Source: Octopus vulgaris
Taxonomy: Eukaryota
Assembly (NCBI GenBank): GCA_951406725.2
Contig: OX597824.1
Span: 89,838,001 to 89,902,000, forward strand
Length of the DNA: 64,000 nt
Direction: 5' to 3'
This document shows, piece by piece, positions 41,863 through 55,518 of the stretch. The notes beneath the pieces are model-generated. The model saw only the letters and a program-made list of their open reading frames with translations, was not told where the DNA came from and ran no database searches. The translations under genes and the position numbers were made by a program. How positions within the stretch are numbered: the first letter of the stretch is position 1; each line of letters starts with the position of its first letter.

Positions 41863-43040
41863 TGCCTTTGCACAGCTTCTAACGCTGGAGATGTACTACG
41901 GTGTCAGCTGTTCACTACCAGTGAACTAAGGTAAAACCTCTTATTTTTTGAGCACCTTCCGAAGTATTCGAGCGGTTACAAGCAGTGCTGTTTTCTGCAA
42001 CTGCTCCACCCTTATTACAGCCCCTATTTGTTCCACGTACTTCTCGAGATTTTTGCTCACTGTTCCCAGGGCTCCGACAATTATTGGTACTACTGCAACC
42101 TTTTTCATCGACCACAACTGCTTAACTTACCAAACTAACCTGTCATATCTCTCAACTTTTCTTTCTTCCTTATTGCATACCTTGTTGTCAGCCGGGCATG
42201 CTATATCTATGATCCAGCATAGTTTGTTTTCTTTCTCAATTAAGACTATGTCCGGCTTCCTATTCTCTTTCTCATGGTCGCACTGAATCATAAAATCCCA
42301 TAGGATCTTTGCATTTCCATTTTCGACGATGCCTTCGGGTTTGTGGTCGTGCCAATTTTTTGCTCTGTCAAGTCCATACTTGTTTCAAAGTGTCCAATGG
42401 ACAAGCCCGGCTATATAGTCGTGGCGTCTCTCATATTCCTTCTGGGCTAGTGGCGTACATTGGCTGGCAATATGCCATACGGTTTCACTGTTTTGCCCAC
42501 AGATTCTGCACTTATCACTTTCTGCTGTGTTGTCTATTCTGTATTTTATGTACTTTGTTCTTAGTGCTTGCTCTTGGGCAGCACAGATTAGGGCCTCCGT
42601 TTCCGGTTTTAAATCACTTTTAGTCATCCACAGCCATCTTTTTTCTCTGTCTGTCTTATCTTCAACATCCCTATAAAATTGACCATGCATTCTTTTTTTT
42701 TACCCACCTATTTTCAGTTTCATTCGTTTTCAATTCCTTGTATAGTGCTTTATCTTTGCAATCTTTCATCTTACACCAGCCTCACCTTCTTACTTCTAAT
42801 AATAGCGGTTCTGTGGCATTTTTTACATACCGTGCTATGTTGTTTTCTTCTGCTCTAATGCTGTGTTCACATCCAATAAGTCCTCTTCCCTCTCTTTTTC
42901 TTGGTACATACAGTCTGTGTCACTTTTTGGGTAGAGTGACCCATATCTAGTTAGCAACTTCCTCGTCTTTCTGTCTAAGCTGTTTAGTTCGTCTACTGTC
43001 TCTGGGAGTACCCCTGCTCTATATCTAAGGAGTGAATCTA
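41863..43040 (-). mobile_element. 5'-truncated R4/Dong-like non-LTR retrotransposon (CCHC finger plus restriction-like endonuclease), disrupted
   Basis: MHGQFYR..LKPETEALICAAQEQALRT..CRICGQNSETVWHIASQC..RRHD and, by my translation, KILWDFMIQCDH..RKPDIVLIEKENKLCWIIDIACP; 3' end abuts (AAT)n. Confidence 0.88.
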
Positions 43041-43167
43041 GGGAGGGGAATAGTTGATTACATCAACCTCAGTACTCCAACGGAATTTGAACTCAAGACG
43101 CAAAGATGGACGAAATGCCGCTGAGCATTTTGTACGGCGTGCTAACGGTTCTTGTAGCTCAGCACCT

Positions 43168-43239
<72 letters not shown>

Positions 43240-43327
43240 CACCACCACAACCACCACTACCACCACCACAACCACCTCCACTACTACTACTACAACAACA
43301 ACAACAACTACTACTACTACTACTACT

Positions 43328-43365
<38 letters not shown>

Positions 43366-43436
43366 TGATGATGATAATAATAATAAAAATAAAAATAATA
43401 ATAATAATTATAATAATAATAATAATGATGATGATG

Positions 43437-43509
<73 letters not shown>

Positions 43510-44233
43510 TAATAATAATGATAATAATAATAATTTAATTTCCATAAAAAAACGGAAGTAGCTTAGCAGCTATAGCAGAAAACATGGTGTAGCAAATTAA
43601 CTGTAGAAATGAAAAATCTTGATAAATCAAGAAATTAAGCTAAAAAAAAAAAAAAGAACCATAAAAATATCGTATATGAAAGCCGAAATATATTTTAAGC
43701 AAAGCAAGTCTAGTTGAACATGAAGCAGGAAATCAGAGTCTACGTGAATACAGGAGTAAAATATAGCAGGAGAAATCAGCTTAGTTTTAGCCGAAAGCAT
43801 CTTATGAGAGAACGAGCTATGAGAAGGGCCCTTTTTTTTAAAAATGTTTTTCTTATCGTTTACTGATGGAGAGTAGAGCAATGCCGACGATCCTATATTT
43901 TTTTCAGGAGTGAGGAAAAGCAGAGTCAAATCGAGAACAGGGAACCTAACGCGAATATTTGCAGCAGAATTAATTCTGCCAAAAGTCCTTAAGAACCAGG
44001 TGGGTGTTTTAAATTGGGCGATGGATTAATCTTATTTACCAACGAAATAAAATCACAATAAGATGTTTAGAGGAGCGTCAGTGTTCTGTAACAAAAACTT
44101 GTATTCTTCTTTAAAGTCTATGAAATTCCAGGATTTCGTTTCCCTTCGAAATCCACAGCCCTTATTCTGTATAACAGAAGTTTTTGTACGCGTTGAAAAC
44201 CCCCATCTTTTTACGGCCTGTAAACACAAATCT

Positions 44234-44271
<38 letters not shown>

Positions 44272-44309
44272 GATCTATCTATCTATCGATCTATCTATCT
44301 ATCTATCTT

Positions 44310-44421
<112 letters not shown>

Positions 44422-44508
44422 CATATCTATCTATCGATCTATCTATCTATCGATCTATCTATCTATCTATCTATCTACATATCTATCTATCGATCTATCT
44501 ATCTATCG

Positions 44509-44539
<31 letters not shown>

Positions 44540-44561
44540 GATCTATCTATCTATCTATCTT

Positions 44562-44639
<78 letters not shown>

Positions 44640-44640
<1 letters not shown>

Positions 44641-45728
44641 CGAATGGCACCGCGAGTGTCGCGTTGCTCTCAAGCAACTCTGCCGTCCTGGGTCGACCTT
44701 AAGTGACTTCAACACAACCAGAGCATTCTATAGGGGTTTAGTGGAGGGGAGGTACGACGACGAGCTCGGGGCGAACCTGGACGTCGACGAGGAGTACCTG
44801 ACCCGCCTGTTCAGGACGACTTTCGGGCCAGGGCCCATGGACAACTTCCAGAGATCCCTGGCCTGGCAGTGCTACCGAGAAGCGCTACCCGTTCGGGATA
44901 AGCTCTACAGACACGGCTCGAGAAACACGGGGCCGACCTGCCCGAGATGCGGTCAGAGCGACGAAACCGTTCTGCACGCACTCGTTCAGTGTCCAACAAT
45001 TTCCGACCTGTGGGCTTATGTCGAACAACTGCTGTCACGTGTGGGACGAGTCGGTTTATCAGCTGAGTCTATCGTCAATATTGTCACGCCTCCTTCCTTC
45101 AAACGGGAAGGAAGAGCTATTTTCATCATCCTTGTGGCTATGGCGAAAGAATGTATCTGGTGGACGCGTCTGAAAGGATTGGAGACAAACACTTTCCTCT
45201 CTGGTCAATCTCTCATCAACTTCTTCAAGTACCACTTGAAAAGGAAAGTGAGAGTAGAGAGGCAAGTTTTGTCTAGCGAATGTTTTAAAAAAAGATGGGT
45301 GAATGTAGCAAGAATGGCACGTATGAATGACGAAGCCACCTTGAGCATAGTCCTATGAACCCAGAAATCGAAAACAGAGAGTTGCTTATTTGCAAAAAAA
45401 AAAAAAAAAATATAAAATGTGACATCATTGACCGAGGTTACCGTGGTCTTTTCCGTAGGCTTTTCTTTGCACGGGTAAACCTCACCTGTCCTCCCCTTTA
45501 CACTTCATATTGACATTTCTGTGATAACGATCCCTATTGATCAATTTTTTTCCTCCCCCCCTTTTTTTTAAACCCCCTTTTTTTGTCCTCTTTCTCTCCT
45601 TTTACGATCCCTTTTGATCGAAACTCCCCCTTCCTTTTTTTTTTTTCTTTCTTAAACCTTCAAAAGAAAAGCTCTACCTTGTAATTTGTTCTATCTGTGT
45701 GCAGCCCTGTGTGGCTAATAAAGAAACA

Positions 45729-45730
<2 letters not shown>
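44640..45730 (+). mobile_element. 5'-truncated Tx1/L1-clade LINE (zf-RVT C-terminus plus 3' UTR) inserted in (TATC)n
   Basis: Open frame to stop at 45358 with LAWQCYREALPVRDKL..CPRCGQSDETVLHALVQC; pyrimidine-rich 3' UTR; AATAAA 45717-45722; TATC repeats on both sides. Confidence 0.85.
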
Positions 45731-45762
<32 letters not shown>

Positions 45763-45793
45763 CATATCAATCTATCTATCTATCTATCTATCG

Positions 45794-45888
<95 letters not shown>

Positions 45889-45889
45889 C

Positions 45890-45956
<67 letters not shown>

Positions 45957-46234
45957 AAACACTGAGTCCCTTGTTCTAATATTCAAATCCCTCAGTAGAA
46001 GCGCATTTCCTTGTATTCCTTTCATTTATCACCCATTTTCTTCTTTCAAATCCTCGCCGGACAATACGGTGCTGGAACAACGAAGAGTCCGTTTGCTATT
46101 TTTAGCATTCATTTTGCAGTGGTTTCCTTGCTTTTCCTATTCTCAAATAATCCTGATGATTGCCAGCGGTGCTTCCTAAACTCTTTCTGTCACTTTATTA
46201 TCATACTTGATCACTTTTTAGTTTGTATCAGTAG

Positions 46235-47180
46235 AATATATTTATTTCTTTATTGCCCACAGGGGTCTAGACATAGAGAGGACAAACAAGGACAGACAAA
46301 GAGGTTATGTCGATTACATCAACCCCAGTGCGTAACTGGTTCTTAATTTATCGACCCTGAAAGGATGAAAGGCAAAGTCGACCTCGGCGGAATTTGAACT
46401 CAGAACGTAACGGCAGACGAAATACCTATTTCTTTACTGCCCACAAGGGGCTAAACGCAGAGAGGACAAACAAGGACAGACATAGGTATTAAGTTGATTA
46501 CAACGACTCCAGTGCATAACTGGTACTTATTTAATCGACCCCGAAAGGATGAAAGGCAAAGTCAACCTCGGCGGAATTTGAACTCAGAACGTAGCGGCAG
46601 ACGAAATACCTATTTCTTTACTGCCCACAAAGGGCTACATACAGAGAGGACAAACAAGGACAGACAGACGGATTAAGTCGATTATATCGACCCCGTGCGT
46701 AACTGGTCCTTAATTTATCGACACCGAAAGAATGAAAGGCAAAGCTGACCTCAGCGGAATTTGAACTCAGAACGTAGCGGCAGACGAAATACCTATTTCT
46801 TTACTGCCCACAAGGGGCTACACACAGAGAGGACAAACAAGGACAGACAAACGGATTAAGTCGATTATATCGACCCCAGTGCGTAACTGGTCCTTAATTT
46901 ATCGACCCCGAAAGAATGAAAGGCAAAGCTGACCTCAGCGGAATTTGAACTCAGAACGTAGCGGCAGACGAAATACCTATTTCTATTTCTTTACTACCCA
47001 CAAGGGGCTACATACAGAGAGGACAAACAAGGACAGACAAACGGATTAAGTCGATTATATCGACCCCAGTGCGTAACTGGTACTTATTTAATCGACCGCA
47101 AAAGAATGAAAGGCAAAGTCGACCTCAGCGGAATTTGAACTCAGAACGTAGCGGCAGACGAAATACCGCTAAGCATTTCT
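46235..47180 (-). mobile_element. Tandem concatemer of 5 SINE family B units (about 184-bp period)
   Basis: GGAATTTGAACTCAGAACGTA near 46389, 46573, 46756, 46940 and 47130. Confidence 0.88.
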
Positions 47181-47361
47181 GCCAGCTCAGTAGAATATAT
47201 TAAGCGCTTTCTAACTTTAGCAGCGGCCTCCATCCACTCAATGGCCATAAATTTATCGATCTCATCTCTAACTTGTCTGCTTCTTCTTTCCACACTTCTT
47301 TCTGTTGTTCCAAACTTCTGTTCCATATTACTACAACCTCCATTGTTTCCGTTTCACAAGT

Positions 47362-47517
47362 GATGAGGAATTGTGTACATTATTTACATTATTTACATTT
47401 GAAGGATATTTGTCCTCATCTTGTTTGTTGTCAACAGAACGTTTTGGCTGATATACCCACAAGCCTTCAGCAGGTGTCTTGGGGAAATTTCGAACCTAGG
47501 TTGTTGTTATTGTTAGT

Positions 47518-47579
<62 letters not shown>

Positions 47580-47816
47580 TATTATTTTTTTTTTCTTCTT
47601 CTTTCAAATTTGCTTCCATTTCTTGCCGAGCGTCTTCCCGACTCCTAGGGCAAAGAAACTCATAGTATACATTGGTAGGCCATTAAACCAAACTCAATAG
47701 TTCGTTCATTCTTTTTTTTTTTTAAGGTTAAATTAAAATACATGGGCAGTAACAGCTCTCACAGCGACAATGCTCTTCTCAATACGTGTGATGTACCAGT
47801 TTATTATTATTATTAA

Positions 47817-47867
<51 letters not shown>

Positions 47868-47880
47868 CATTATTATTATA

Positions 47881-47938
<58 letters not shown>

Positions 47939-48048
47939 TCACTGTCTGGAATCGAACTCCGAATCTTGGGGTTAGCAGTTTGCGCTCTTAACCACTACGC
48001 CATATGCATGATGAAGGCTGGAGGGTATATCAGCCGAAACGTTGTGTT
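47362..48048 (-). mobile_element. Composite tRNA-head / hammerhead-tail element, copy 1, with 23-bp flanking direct repeat
   Basis: tRNA head rc 47935-48005; HHR rc 47433-47478; inverted HHR fragment 48009-48047; TCCA(T/A)TGTTTCCGTTTCACAAGT at 47339-47361 and 48049-48071. Confidence 0.8.
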
Positions 48049-48269
48049 TCCAATGTTTCCGTTTCACAAGTCGTTGCTGGTGAATGAAACACCCACTTGG
48101 ATGGTTGGAGCGGATTCACGTCAATGAGTAATGACCAATGGTTCTCAATGTTGTGCCTGAGACCCACTAGAGGGCCGGGAAAATTTTGAGTGGGCCTGGG
48201 AAAATTTTGAGGGTACCTGAGAAAATTTTGAGAGGGCCTTGGAAATTTTCTGGATTGGAAACAAGCTGT

Positions 48270-48438
48270 TTTTACATTATTTATATTATTTACATTCGAT
48301 GGATATTTGTCCTCATCTTGTTTGTTGTTAACACAACGTTTCGGCTGATATACCCTCCAGCCTTCATCATGCACATGTCGTAGTGGTTAAGAGCGCGAGC
48401 TGCTAACCCAAGATTCGGAGTTCGATTCCAGACAGTGA

Positions 48439-48506
<68 letters not shown>

Positions 48507-48671
48507 TTTTAATTTATCTTTAAAAAAAAAAAAATTAACGAACTACTGAGTTTGGTTTAATGGCCTACCAATATACACTATGAGTTTCTTTGCCCTAGGA
48601 GTCGGGAAGACACTCGGCAAGAAATGGAAGAAAATTTGAAAGAAGAAAAAAAAATAATAATAATAATAATG

Positions 48672-48751
<80 letters not shown>

Positions 48752-48953
48752 AACAACAACAACAACAACAACATCGAAAAATACCTTATGAATGAGAACC
48801 TAGGTTCGAAATTTCCCCAAGACACCTGATGAAGGCTGGAGAGTATATCAGCCGAGAAGTTGTGTTAACAACAAAGAAGATGAGGACAAATATCCGTCAA
48901 ATGTAAATAATGTAAATAATGTACATAATTCCTCATCTCTTAAATATAGAACT
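48270..48953 (+). mobile_element. Composite tRNA-head / hammerhead-tail element, copy 2
   Basis: Inverted tail fragment 48270-48369; head TAGTGGTTAAGAGCG..CTGCTAA..GAGTTCGATTCC 48375-48442; (AAT)n; body; HHR 48821-48866; tail to 48953. Confidence 0.8.
48821..48866 (+). ncRNA. Minimal type I hammerhead ribozyme (GAAAC box mutated here, intact in sister copies at 48009-48047 and 48330-48369)
   Basis: Family consensus GACAC-CUGAUGA-A-GGCUG-loop-CAGCC-GAAAC-GUU-GUGUU. Confidence 0.7.
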
Positions 48954-48992
48954 GTATTAAGTTGTTTTTAGTATTCAATTTGTAGTCTTGAC

Positions 48993-49134
48993 CAGCGTTG
49001 CCGAAAGATTATCTCGAAACATTACAAAAACGTAACTAATAAAATTCCAAAACGTAACGAAAAACGTAACAACGCATAAATTTTGTCAAAAACGTAACAA
49101 ATTTGTTACGAACGCAGCAACTTTGGCAACGCTG
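48993..49134. mobile_element. 142-bp hAT-type MITE
   Basis: TIR CAGCGTTGCC/GGCAACGCTG; perfect 8-bp TSD GTCTTGAC (48985-48992, 49135-49142); internal AAAACGTAAC repeats. Confidence 0.85.
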
Positions 49135-49183
49135 GTCTTGACTGAATATTTTTCTCAGATCACGCCACTACAGCAATCACATG

Positions 49184-49497
49184 GTGGAGGCGCAATGGCC
49201 CAGTGGTTAAGCAGCGGACTCGCGGTCGTCGGAGCGCAGTTTCGATTCCCAGACCGGGCGTTGTGAGTGTTTATTGAGCGAAAACACCTAAAGGCTCCAC
49301 GAGGCTCCGGCAGGGGATCGGGAGGCGAACCCTGCTGTACTCTTTCACCACAACTTTCTCTCAATCTTTCTTCCTGTTTCTGTTGTACCTGTATTTCAAA
49401 GGAGCCAGCCCTTGTCACACTCTGTGTCCCGCTGAATCTCCCCGAGAACTACGTTAAGGGTACACGAGTCTGTGGAGTGCTCAGCCACTTGCGCGTT
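49184..49497 (+). mobile_element. SINE family C
   Basis: GTGGAGGCGCAATGGCCCAGTGGTTA..GTTTCGATTCCCAGACCGGGCG; same tail as the 2850-3157 copy. Confidence 0.85.
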
Positions 49498-49529
49498 TAC
49501 CAGCTTTTACCAGCTGACCAAGATAAACA

Positions 49530-49720
49530 TATAGGCGCAGGAGTGGCTGTGTGCATAGGCGCAGGAGTGGCTGTGTGGTAAGTAGCTTGCTAACCAACCA
49601 CATGGTTCCGGGTTCAGTCCCACTGCGTGGCATCTTGGGCAAGTGTCTTCTGCTATAGCCCCGGGCCGATCAATGCCTTGTGAGTGGATTTGGTAGACGG
49701 AAACTGAAAGAAGCCTGTCG

Positions 49721-49761
<41 letters not shown>

Positions 49762-49960
49762 TTGTCCCCCTAGCATTGCTTGACAACCGATGCTGGTGTG
49801 TTTATGTCTCCGTTACTTAGCGGTTCGACAAAAGAGACCGATAGAATAAGTACTGGGCTTACAAAAAGAATAAGTCCCGGGGTCGAGTTGCTCGACTAAA
49901 GGCGGTGCTCCAGCATGGCCGCAGTCAAATGACTGAAACAAGTAAAAGAGTAACAGAGTA
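49530..49960 (+). mobile_element. SINE family A, full length, duplicated 5' end
   Basis: Homology; ATAGGCGCAGGAGTGGCTGTGTG occurs twice. Confidence 0.88.
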
Positions 49961-50562
49961 TATTTGTCGGGTTGTTATTATAGCAAACATGGTGGACTTA
50001 GATGACTTCACTTCTTGCGTTTCTGTTTGGACATCTCTTCGGTTGTACTCTTATAACTTTTAGTCTCGCTCTGTTGGTTTTACGGTACGGTTCATTTAAC
50101 ATCAGTTCCAGCTCCTGAACACCATAAAAGAAGATGTTTCTGTTGTCAGCAAAGCATGGATGAACGTTAAAAGTGTGCCTTGTACGCCAGCGAAAATGGT
50201 AGTCACGATCCATTATGTTCTGAGTTCAATTTGTGCCGGGAGCAACGTCACTCCTTTCATCTTTACGGAAGTCAATAAAATAAATAGAATCGAAGAACTG
50301 GGTTCCGTTTAATCGACAATATTCCGTTCTTCCGTTCCTCCTTTCTCTCCCTAGCAAAATATGTGACTTTTGTGTCTATATCTGAAAAAAATCGTTATTT
50401 TTGTTATTAAAAAAAATGTTACTACCACCATCGTCATCATTATCATCATCGTTGTCATCTTCCTTCTGTTCCCTCTCCTCCCCCTTCTGCTCTGCCTCCT
50501 CACCCTCTTCATCATTATCATCGTCACCATTACCGTCGTCGTTGCTTCTACTGTTGTCATTG

Positions 50563-50601
<39 letters not shown>

Positions 50602-50602
50602 A

Positions 50603-50650
<48 letters not shown>

Positions 50651-50759
50651 TACCACCACCATCACTTTCGTTGTCTCCGCTGCTGTTGTCATCAACATCA
50701 TTGTCGTCGTCGTGGTCGTCGTCGTCACGGCTATTGCCATCATCATCATCATCATCATC

Positions 50760-50792
<33 letters not shown>

Positions 50793-50835
50793 GTAATCAT
50801 CATCACCATCACCATCATCATCATCGTCATCACCG

Positions 50836-50887
<52 letters not shown>

Positions 50888-51430
50888 TCATCATTCATCA
50901 TCATCATCATCACCACCACCACCACCACCACCACCACCACCGCCACCATCACAACCACCACCGTCGTCGTCGTCGTCGTCATCATCACCATCACCATCGG
51001 CGTCGCCGTCACTATTGTTGTGACCATCGTCGTCACCATCATCATCATCATCACCATTTTCATCGTCGACGTCGCCATGTCAACATTATCGTCTTCATCG
51101 TCAGCGAGGCCGATGTCTTATTGTTGTCGTCGTCATACTGATCATCATCGTCACACTCACCCCCCCCCTCCTCATTGTCATCATCATCATCGCCATCATC
51201 ATCATCAGCAGCAGCAGCAGCATCAATGTCACAGATGACTGGATCCATCTTGCATCACTCCTCTTCTACCAATAAATCCACCGCACAAGCCTCCAAGTGA
51301 TGCTGGTTTTGTCTTTTAATAAAATACCGAAGACACTGGAAGTGAACGGAACCAAGAAACAACTGAAAACAAAACCATGGAGAATAATACAAAAGATGAC
51401 GAAAATCACACACACACACTTACATAGGTA

Positions 51431-51469
<39 letters not shown>

Positions 51470-51627
51470 ATGTTAATAAAATAGAACATATGCATATATA
51501 TAAACATATATGTACGTACCTACCTCTACATGTACATATACACGCATATATGTGTACAGGACACCAAAAAGACGTCGAACACATAGAGAGACGAAAAACA
51601 TAGACACAAACCAAGGGACAAGACAAG

Positions 51628-51666
<39 letters not shown>

Positions 51667-51679
51667 CTATACATACATA

Positions 51680-51723
<44 letters not shown>

Positions 51724-51746
51724 CATACTTATATATATATATACGG

Positions 51747-51784
<38 letters not shown>

Positions 51785-51951
51785 GTGTGTGTGTGTATAT
51801 ATATGTATATATATATGTATATATACACACATGCACATATATATGTACATTTATATGAATACAAAAATACGTACTTATACTTATGTATTCATATATATAT
51901 GTATATATACATATATTTATATACATATATATTTGTATGTATGTATGTGTG

Positions 51952-52002
<51 letters not shown>

Positions 52003-52005
52003 GTG

Positions 52006-52037
<32 letters not shown>

Positions 52038-52167
52038 ATTAATTAATAAGGGTGAGAGAATTAGATACTAATTTAATAGTATATCTATTCTACACCAAGT
52101 GGCCTAGTGCTCCGAGAAACCTGGATTATTATAATATTTTATAATATATTATAATATTTTTACAAAA

Positions 52168-52712
52168 TAAATATAAGAGAGTGGTCACTATATGGCTCAC
52201 TCTAGCACCAGTTAATCCAAAGGTTTCAACCACAAAGAATACATGCTTCCCATGAAAGTCAGTACGATTGTTAGCTCACACGGACAGGGCAAATAAAAAA
52301 TAACAAAATACAGATTATTTTGGGACAATTGTTTCGCTATTAATGAATTAAATGTAATTTTACTTACAATAAAATCCACTTGTAGCTCTTCGGCCAAAAC
52401 TATCTGGATGAAATCCACTCAATCACACGCCAGATTTTACCATGGTAAAATCTGGCGTGTGATTGAGTGGATTTCATCCAGATAGTTTTGGCCGAAGAGC
52501 TACAAGTGGATTTTATTGTAAGTAAAATTACATTTAATTCATTAATAGCGAAACAATTGTCCCAAAATAATCTGTATTTTGTTATTTTTTATTTGCCCTG
52601 TCCGTGTGAGCTAACAATCGTACTGACTTTCATGGGAAGCATGTATTCTTTGTGGTTGAAACCTTTTGGATTAACTGGTGCTAGAGTGAGCCATATAGTG
52701 ACCACTCTCTTA

Positions 52713-52718
<6 letters not shown>
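52168..52718. mobile_element. Near-perfect 551-bp spacerless palindrome of a Penelope-like terminal repeat
   Basis: Centre TTTTACCA|TGGTAAAA at 52442/52443; arms of about 275 bp differ by one visible 1-bp indel; lies between (TA)n tracts. Confidence 0.85.
52486..52567 (+). ncRNA. Type I hammerhead ribozyme with enlarged loop II (mirror copy 52318-52399 on minus strand)
   Basis: UUUUGG-CCGAAGA-GCUA-[43 nt]-UAGC-GAAAC-AAUU-GUC-CCAAAA; 6-bp stem I, palindromic stem III ACAAUUGU, GUC site. Confidence 0.75.
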
Positions 52719-52791
<73 letters not shown>

Positions 52792-53009
52792 GTGAAGGTA
52801 TGTATATACGTGTATGTGAATACGCACACATAAGGTGTGCAATTCTTTGAACAAACACGAATAACAATGTGACAGTATCTTGATAAAAGGATATCAAACT
52901 TGCACAGAAGAAAGTTATTAAAGATATCAGCAACAATTAAATAGAAAATAGAAAAATTATACACACGTACATAGATAAAAATATATCTGTTATGTACATA
53001 TACACACAC

Positions 53010-53056
<47 letters not shown>

Positions 53057-53075
53057 TATATATGTGTGTGTGTGT

Positions 53076-53113
<38 letters not shown>

Positions 53114-53150
53114 ACGGAGAGAGGGAGAGACTGACAGACACACAGACAGT

Positions 53151-53188
<38 letters not shown>

Positions 53189-53189
53189 C

Positions 53190-53222
<33 letters not shown>

Positions 53223-53281
53223 AGATAGATGGATGGATAGATAGATAAATAGATAGATAGAGTGATATATATATATATACA

Positions 53282-53314
<33 letters not shown>

Positions 53315-53326
53315 TTATATATATAT

Positions 53327-53386
<60 letters not shown>

Positions 53387-53785
53387 GTAGATAGATAGAT
53401 AGATAGACAGATAGACAGACATAAAGGTAGATACTAATATATTTAATACATACCTGCTGAATGTTAAAAATAGACGTGGAAATTTATATTGGTCTATCTT
53501 TGAAGACGTGATTATATATGTGTGTTAGTGTGTATGTGTGAGTGTGTGTGTGATTGGGTGGACGGGTAGGTGTGAGTGTGTGTGTATATATATATATGTA
53601 TATATATATTTACATATGTGTGTGTGTGTATCTACATATATGTGTATATATATATATACATATATATATATGTATGTATACATATTTATATATATTTATA
53701 TATATATATGTGTGTGTGTGTATATATGTATGTATGTATGTATGTATATGTAAATGTATATATATGTGCGTACATAGATATATAC

Positions 53786-53830
<45 letters not shown>

Positions 53831-53880
53831 TGTGTGTGTTTGTATATATATGTATGTATGTTTATATGTAGGTATATATA

Positions 53881-53934
<54 letters not shown>

Positions 53935-54515
53935 CATATATATGTGTATGTGCGTGTGTGCGCGTGTGTGTGTTTGTGTGTGTGTGTTCTCTATTCAGCT
54001 ATAGCTGTTATCTTTAATAACTTCCTATTATGCAAGCTTGATATCTTTTTATCAAGGTAATGTGTCATTATTCAAGTTTATCCAAAGAAAAGCGCAACTC
54101 ATATATACACATTCATGTGTGCATCCGTGTGAGTGTGTGTGTACGTGCACCTGCGCGTATGTGTGCATGCGTGTGTGTGTATGCGCGTGTGTGTGTGTGA
54201 GTGTGTGTGTGTGTGTACGAGTGTGTATTTAAGAATAAATGTGTATTTGTATTTATAAATAGTACACTTGTATAAATAATTGTTGTTTGCGGCAATACCA
54301 TCAAATGTATGACGACAGCCATCATCTCTGTCGAGTGCTTATGTAATTCCTAAACCAACACAAAGACACACGACACCTATTGTCACACCGACGTCGCCAT
54401 CTTTCTCTCTGCTTGCCTGTCTGTCTGTCTGTCTCTCTCTCTTTCCGTCTCTAGTTCTACGTAATCAAACACACAAGTAGCACACATGCCTATATACTTA
54501 TACAAATATGTGTTC

Positions 54516-54553
<38 letters not shown>

Positions 54554-55210
54554 TTGTGTCTATATATAGAAATATGTATATATACATATATAAATGTGTG
54601 TATACACACACACACACATACACATATATGTAGCTATCTATCCGTCTATATATCGTGTGTGTGCGTGTAGGTATGTATATGTACGAACTCTTATGTCCAA
54701 ACGCTCGCATAAGCATTCGCAAACGCATGCATACACTCTGGGGTGGACATGTGTGTTCGTGTGTGCAAAAGAAATGATATACAATAAAATTGATATCATA
54801 TATGTTATGTATCTTAATACATGTGTATGTCTATCATATACATACATACAGACAGACATAAGTACAAAATACCCTGTTGATGTTGAAATTCCAATGAAGG
54901 AGATTTGGATGTAAGCTAGAAACCTTTTGTTTCTCTATTGGTAAGAAATCTTGAAATAAAACTTAATAATGACATACATACACACACAGGCACATACCTA
55001 CCTACCTACATACCTACCTACATACCTACCTACCTACCTACCTACCTACCTACCTACCTGCCTACCTACCTACCTACATACATGCATACATACATACTTG
55101 CACACACACACATACACATACATACATACATACATACATACATACATACATACATACATACATACATACATACATACATACATACATACTTACGTACATA
55201 CATATGCATG

Positions 55211-55518
<308 letters not shown>

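Noticed and set aside
43560-44230. Degraded LINE fragment on minus strand (GS.DFW-like motif)
   Set aside because: One weak motif with stops; insufficient without an HMM search.
48136-48268. 21-bp tandem GGGAAAATTTTGAG.. as part of the HHR system
   Set aside because: Lies outside the direct repeat of copy 1; ends (CAATGGTTCTCAA..TTGGAAACAAGCTG) look like a separate decayed hAT-type MITE.
48375-48442. tRNA gene calls for SINE heads (also 49184, 27440-27514, 9110-9181)
   Set aside because: A and B boxes are present, but there is no complete cloverleaf or acceptor stem, and each continues into a repeat body.
52212-52850. Identical MDFIQIVLAEELQ.. ORFs on both strands
   Set aside because: Consequence of the palindrome; GTG start; no recognisable protein.
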